From contig DIZB01000030.1 of NCBI GenBank assembly GCA_002427805.1, positions 804 through 64,803 of the forward strand: 64,000 bases of DNA, in the 5' to 3' direction. The stretch comes from Candidatus Saccharibacteria bacterium UBA6039 (GTDB lineage: Bacteria > Patescibacteriota > Saccharimonadia > Saccharimonadales > Saccharimonadaceae). This document shows positions 61,914-64,000 of this stretch, piece after piece; position 1 is the stretch's first letter; each line of letters opens with the position of its first letter. The notes under the pieces are model-generated. The model was not told the origin of the DNA. It ran no database searches and saw nothing but the letters and a program-made list of their open reading frames with translations. Position numbers and translations under genes: made by a program.

Positions 61914-62517
61914 AGGTGAGTGTTAAAAGCAGGGCCGCTACGACGGGTACCGTAATATTGTCACTGCCGCGAAGTCCGACAAGCTCAGCAAGACCAGTTA
62001 TGTATGCACCAAGCAGTGCGAGTGGCCACGGCGCAACTATAAGGAATAGCAGGAAGGCAACAATAACGAATGCAAGTGAACCAGCCAGCGTTTTTGAAAA
62101 AATAAGTTGGCGTGATTTTATCGAGCGTCCCACGATATATGCTGCAGTATCTGCCAGGCCGAGGATTGCGATAGGGATTACAAAGTGAAGCGTCGAATTT
62201 GCAAGAAGAGCCGTAAGGCTCACGCCAACAAAGAATAAAATTTCGCCGTATGATTCACGTGCCTCGAGTCCTTTTAGGGCTTTCGGTGGGTGCAGTAACT
62301 TAACAAGAAGAAGCAAAACGGCAAACACAATCCCCACAGCAATAAATACTTTGTAATCAAATATAAATGCACCAATAATGATGAGAGCCATTGATCCAAG
62401 ATGAGATAACTTACGGATCCAAGTAGCAGGAAACTGTAAGCGCGTCATGACCATTACTACCGCAAGGCCCACAAGGACCGCTACAACTGAGACGATACTT
62501 ATATAGAAATACTGCAT
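61912..62517 (-). CDS. polytopic membrane protein of the CdsA / dolichol-phytol kinase-like (CTP-dependent) superfamily
   Basis: Six to seven TM helices. GLADTAAYIVGRSIKSRQLIFSKTLAGSLAF resembles the conserved gD--A-ivG---gk----sKT-eGs block of that superfamily. The specific activity is unknown. Confidence 0.5.
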   Translation of the reverse strand: MQYFYISIVSVVAVLVGLAVVMVMTRLQFPATWIRKLSHLGSMALIIIGAFIFDYKVFIAVGIVFAVLLLLVKLLHPPKALKGLEARESYGEILFFVGVSLTALLANSTLHFVIPIAILGLADTAAYIVGRSIKSRQLIFSKTLAGSLAFVIVAFLLFLIVAPWPLALLGAYITGLAELVGLRGSDNITVPVVAALLLTLT

Positions 62518-62594
62518 AACCTCACTATAGCAAAAGTAAGCATTAAGTGGGCGTATAATAGAAAGTACAACTATAACCGAAGAGGAGGAACTAT

Positions 62595-62855
62595 ATGGGA
62601 ATCATCGGATGGATAATACTAGGTGGACTTGCGGGATGGGTAGCGTCAATGATTGCGGGGACGAATGGACGCCAAGGGTTGCTCGGTAACATTGTAGCTG
62701 GAATTATAGGCGCGTTTATCGGCGGCTTTGTTTTCGGTCTTTTTGGTGCGAATGGCGTCACCGGATTCAACTTATGGAGTTTCGTGGTAGCAGTATTTGG
62801 CGCGGTTATCGCAATTAGTATTTGGAAGGCAATTACTGGTCGAAAAGTAGCATAA
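62595..62855 (+). CDS. GlsB/YeaQ/YmgE-family (transglycosylase-associated) stress membrane protein
   Basis: MGIIGWIILGGLAGWVASMI..GLLGNIVAGIIGAFIGGFVF is the family signature. A GAGGAGG SD lies upstream. Confidence 0.85.
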   Translation: MGIIGWIILGGLAGWVASMIAGTNGRQGLLGNIVAGIIGAFIGGFVFGLFGANGVTGFNLWSFVVAVFGAVIAISIWKAITGRKVA

Positions 62856-62905
62856 GCTATATACTCAACTTTTCGAGGTAGCTATATTATAGTATAATTA
62901 ACTTA

Positions 62906-64000
62906 ATGACATTGGTTATTAAGAAGCCAAAAGGCTGGAGAAGTAGGCAGGTAGGGGTAGCTATTTGGGTAATTGGCGCTTTGACGCTTTTGGTTGCACC
63001 ATTTTCACTCGCTATCAACGTTCGGTCACCAGAAACGCAACAAAAGGACACGCCAATCACAACTGTATTATCAGGTAAACTTGGAACGTCAGGCTCTTCG
63101 CTCGCTGTTAGCAAGACGAATGCTGTAGCTCAGCCAGTGTCGAGTTCGTTATCACAGAGTAACACATCAACTGACTGTAAGTCGTCGACTGCTGCCCCTA
63201 GTGGGCTTTTGAATGCAGCTTCATCTGAATTACGTAAACTTGCGCAGTACGATCAAGTCTGTGCAAGCGGAATTGTGAATACGCTATCTTTTTTTACGCC
63301 AATTCCGACAACCGCTGCCCAAGCGCAATCTTATTCAAGTGATGTAATTGCGCAGCTGAAAGAGTTTGCGGTGCATGGTATATCTGCACTTGTATTTCTT
63401 GAACCAACTACTGAACAGGGTGGTTTGATTGATATGAATACCTATAATTCAGGAGCTTATGACGCGATGCTCGATGCATATTTTTCCGCCATTAGGGCGA
63501 GCGGGATAACAGACTCGATGATGGGCACATGGGTGCCGTTTCCTGAAGGTAACATTCCTGTATGGACAAGTGTTGATCCGACTGTTTTTACGTCTAGTGT
63601 CGTAAAAACAGTGACATATCAAAAGAAATATTTCCCATCGAGTAAAGCCTCGATCCTGCTCGATAGCATGACGTATCCTAGTGTTTCAACTTGGAGCAAT
63701 GGCACGCAAGTGAGCTTGCTTCCGTATGTACAAAACATGCCTACGGGACTACTCGATAGTTTTGGCCTACAAGGCTTTCCCTGGGTGCCACCAGCTAACC
63801 AGCCAGGTTGGGCAACCAATGGTGAGCCTCAAAATTATCTCAGAGTTGATCTTGCTGCACAGGCAGCACGTAATCTCAATGTAAACAAAATCTGGTTAAA
63901 TACAGGCACCTTTAGCATGAGCTATGCGGGTAAAGCCGGTGAACAAGTGGTAGTTACTCCAGCAAGGCGCCAGCAGTTACTTCTTGAAACAATCACACAA
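62906..64000 (+). CDS. membrane-anchored/exported protein, first 365 codons (3' end beyond the right edge)
   Basis: Not in the track (no stop). My translation from ATG 62906, which lies 7 nt after TATAAT (62893-62898), is MTLVIKKPKGWRSRQVGVAIWVIGALTLLVAPFSL..SGKLGTSGSS..FAVHGISALVFLEPT..GTWVPFPEGNIPVW..GLQGFPWVPPANQPGW.. and stays open to the window end. It has an N-terminal anchor. An alternating beta/alpha, glycoside-hydrolase-like impression is weak. Confidence 0.6.
   Translation, partial: MTLVIKKPKGWRSRQVGVAIWVIGALTLLVAPFSLAINVRSPETQQKDTPITTVLSGKLGTSGSSLAVSKTNAVAQPVSSSLSQSNTSTDCKSSTAAPSGLLNAASSELRKLAQYDQVCASGIVNTLSFFTPIPTTAAQAQSYSSDVIAQLKEFAVHGISALVFLEPTTEQGGLIDMNTYNSGAYDAMLDAYFSAIRASGITDSMMGTWVPFPEGNIPVWTSVDPTVFTSSVVKTVTYQKKYFPSSKASILLDSMTYPSVSTWSNGTQVSLLPYVQNMPTGLLDSFGLQGFPWVPPANQPGWATNGEPQNYLRVDLAAQAARNLNVNKIWLNTGTFSMSYAGKAGEQVVVTPARRQQLLLETITQ

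Overview
64-kb window of a compact, gene-dense bacterial chromosome: about 70 protein genes and 3 tRNA genes. I saw no rRNA, CRISPR array, transposase or integrase. Housekeeping blocks are the start of an F-ATPase operon (atpF-atpH-atpA, running off the left edge), aspS, msrA, pyrH, a Mur ligase, tilS-ftsH-murJ-lepA, tatA-tatC, gmk, and hrcA-grpE-dnaK with three CIRCE operators. Accessory blocks lie between them. (i) 3.4-6.0 kb: an exported FMN-binding protein, ApbE and a NOX-type bis-heme flavocytochrome. (ii) 6.2-15.2 kb: a cell-surface locus with a Tat-signal mini-protein, a protein with tail-fibre-like motifs, a 1032-aa repeat protein, and a Csc/WxL-like set of anchored and secreted proteins. 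(iii) 33.0-35.3 kb: three orphan acidic proteins behind near-identical leaderless promoters, ending at a tRNA. (iv) 41.5-46.3 kb: a tRNA-bounded island carrying a repeated intergenic element, an LPXTG ice-binding-like protein with its own sortase, an orphan protein, and a GHKL-ATPase/STAS-like gene pair behind an array of five CCGGGAWTCCCGG palindromes. All three tRNA genes have a CAU anticodon, and tilS is also present. Many genes have a -10 hexamer 6-8 nt before the ATG, which suggests leaderless mRNAs. Gene content (archaeal-type AspRS, sortase/LPXTG, type IV pilin-like genes, many orphan surface proteins) fits a reduced-genome monoderm such as a Saccharibacteria/Patescibacteria-like organism, but that is inference only. 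Every call comes from reading the sequence and the supplied translations; no database search, fold prediction or composition calculation was possible.
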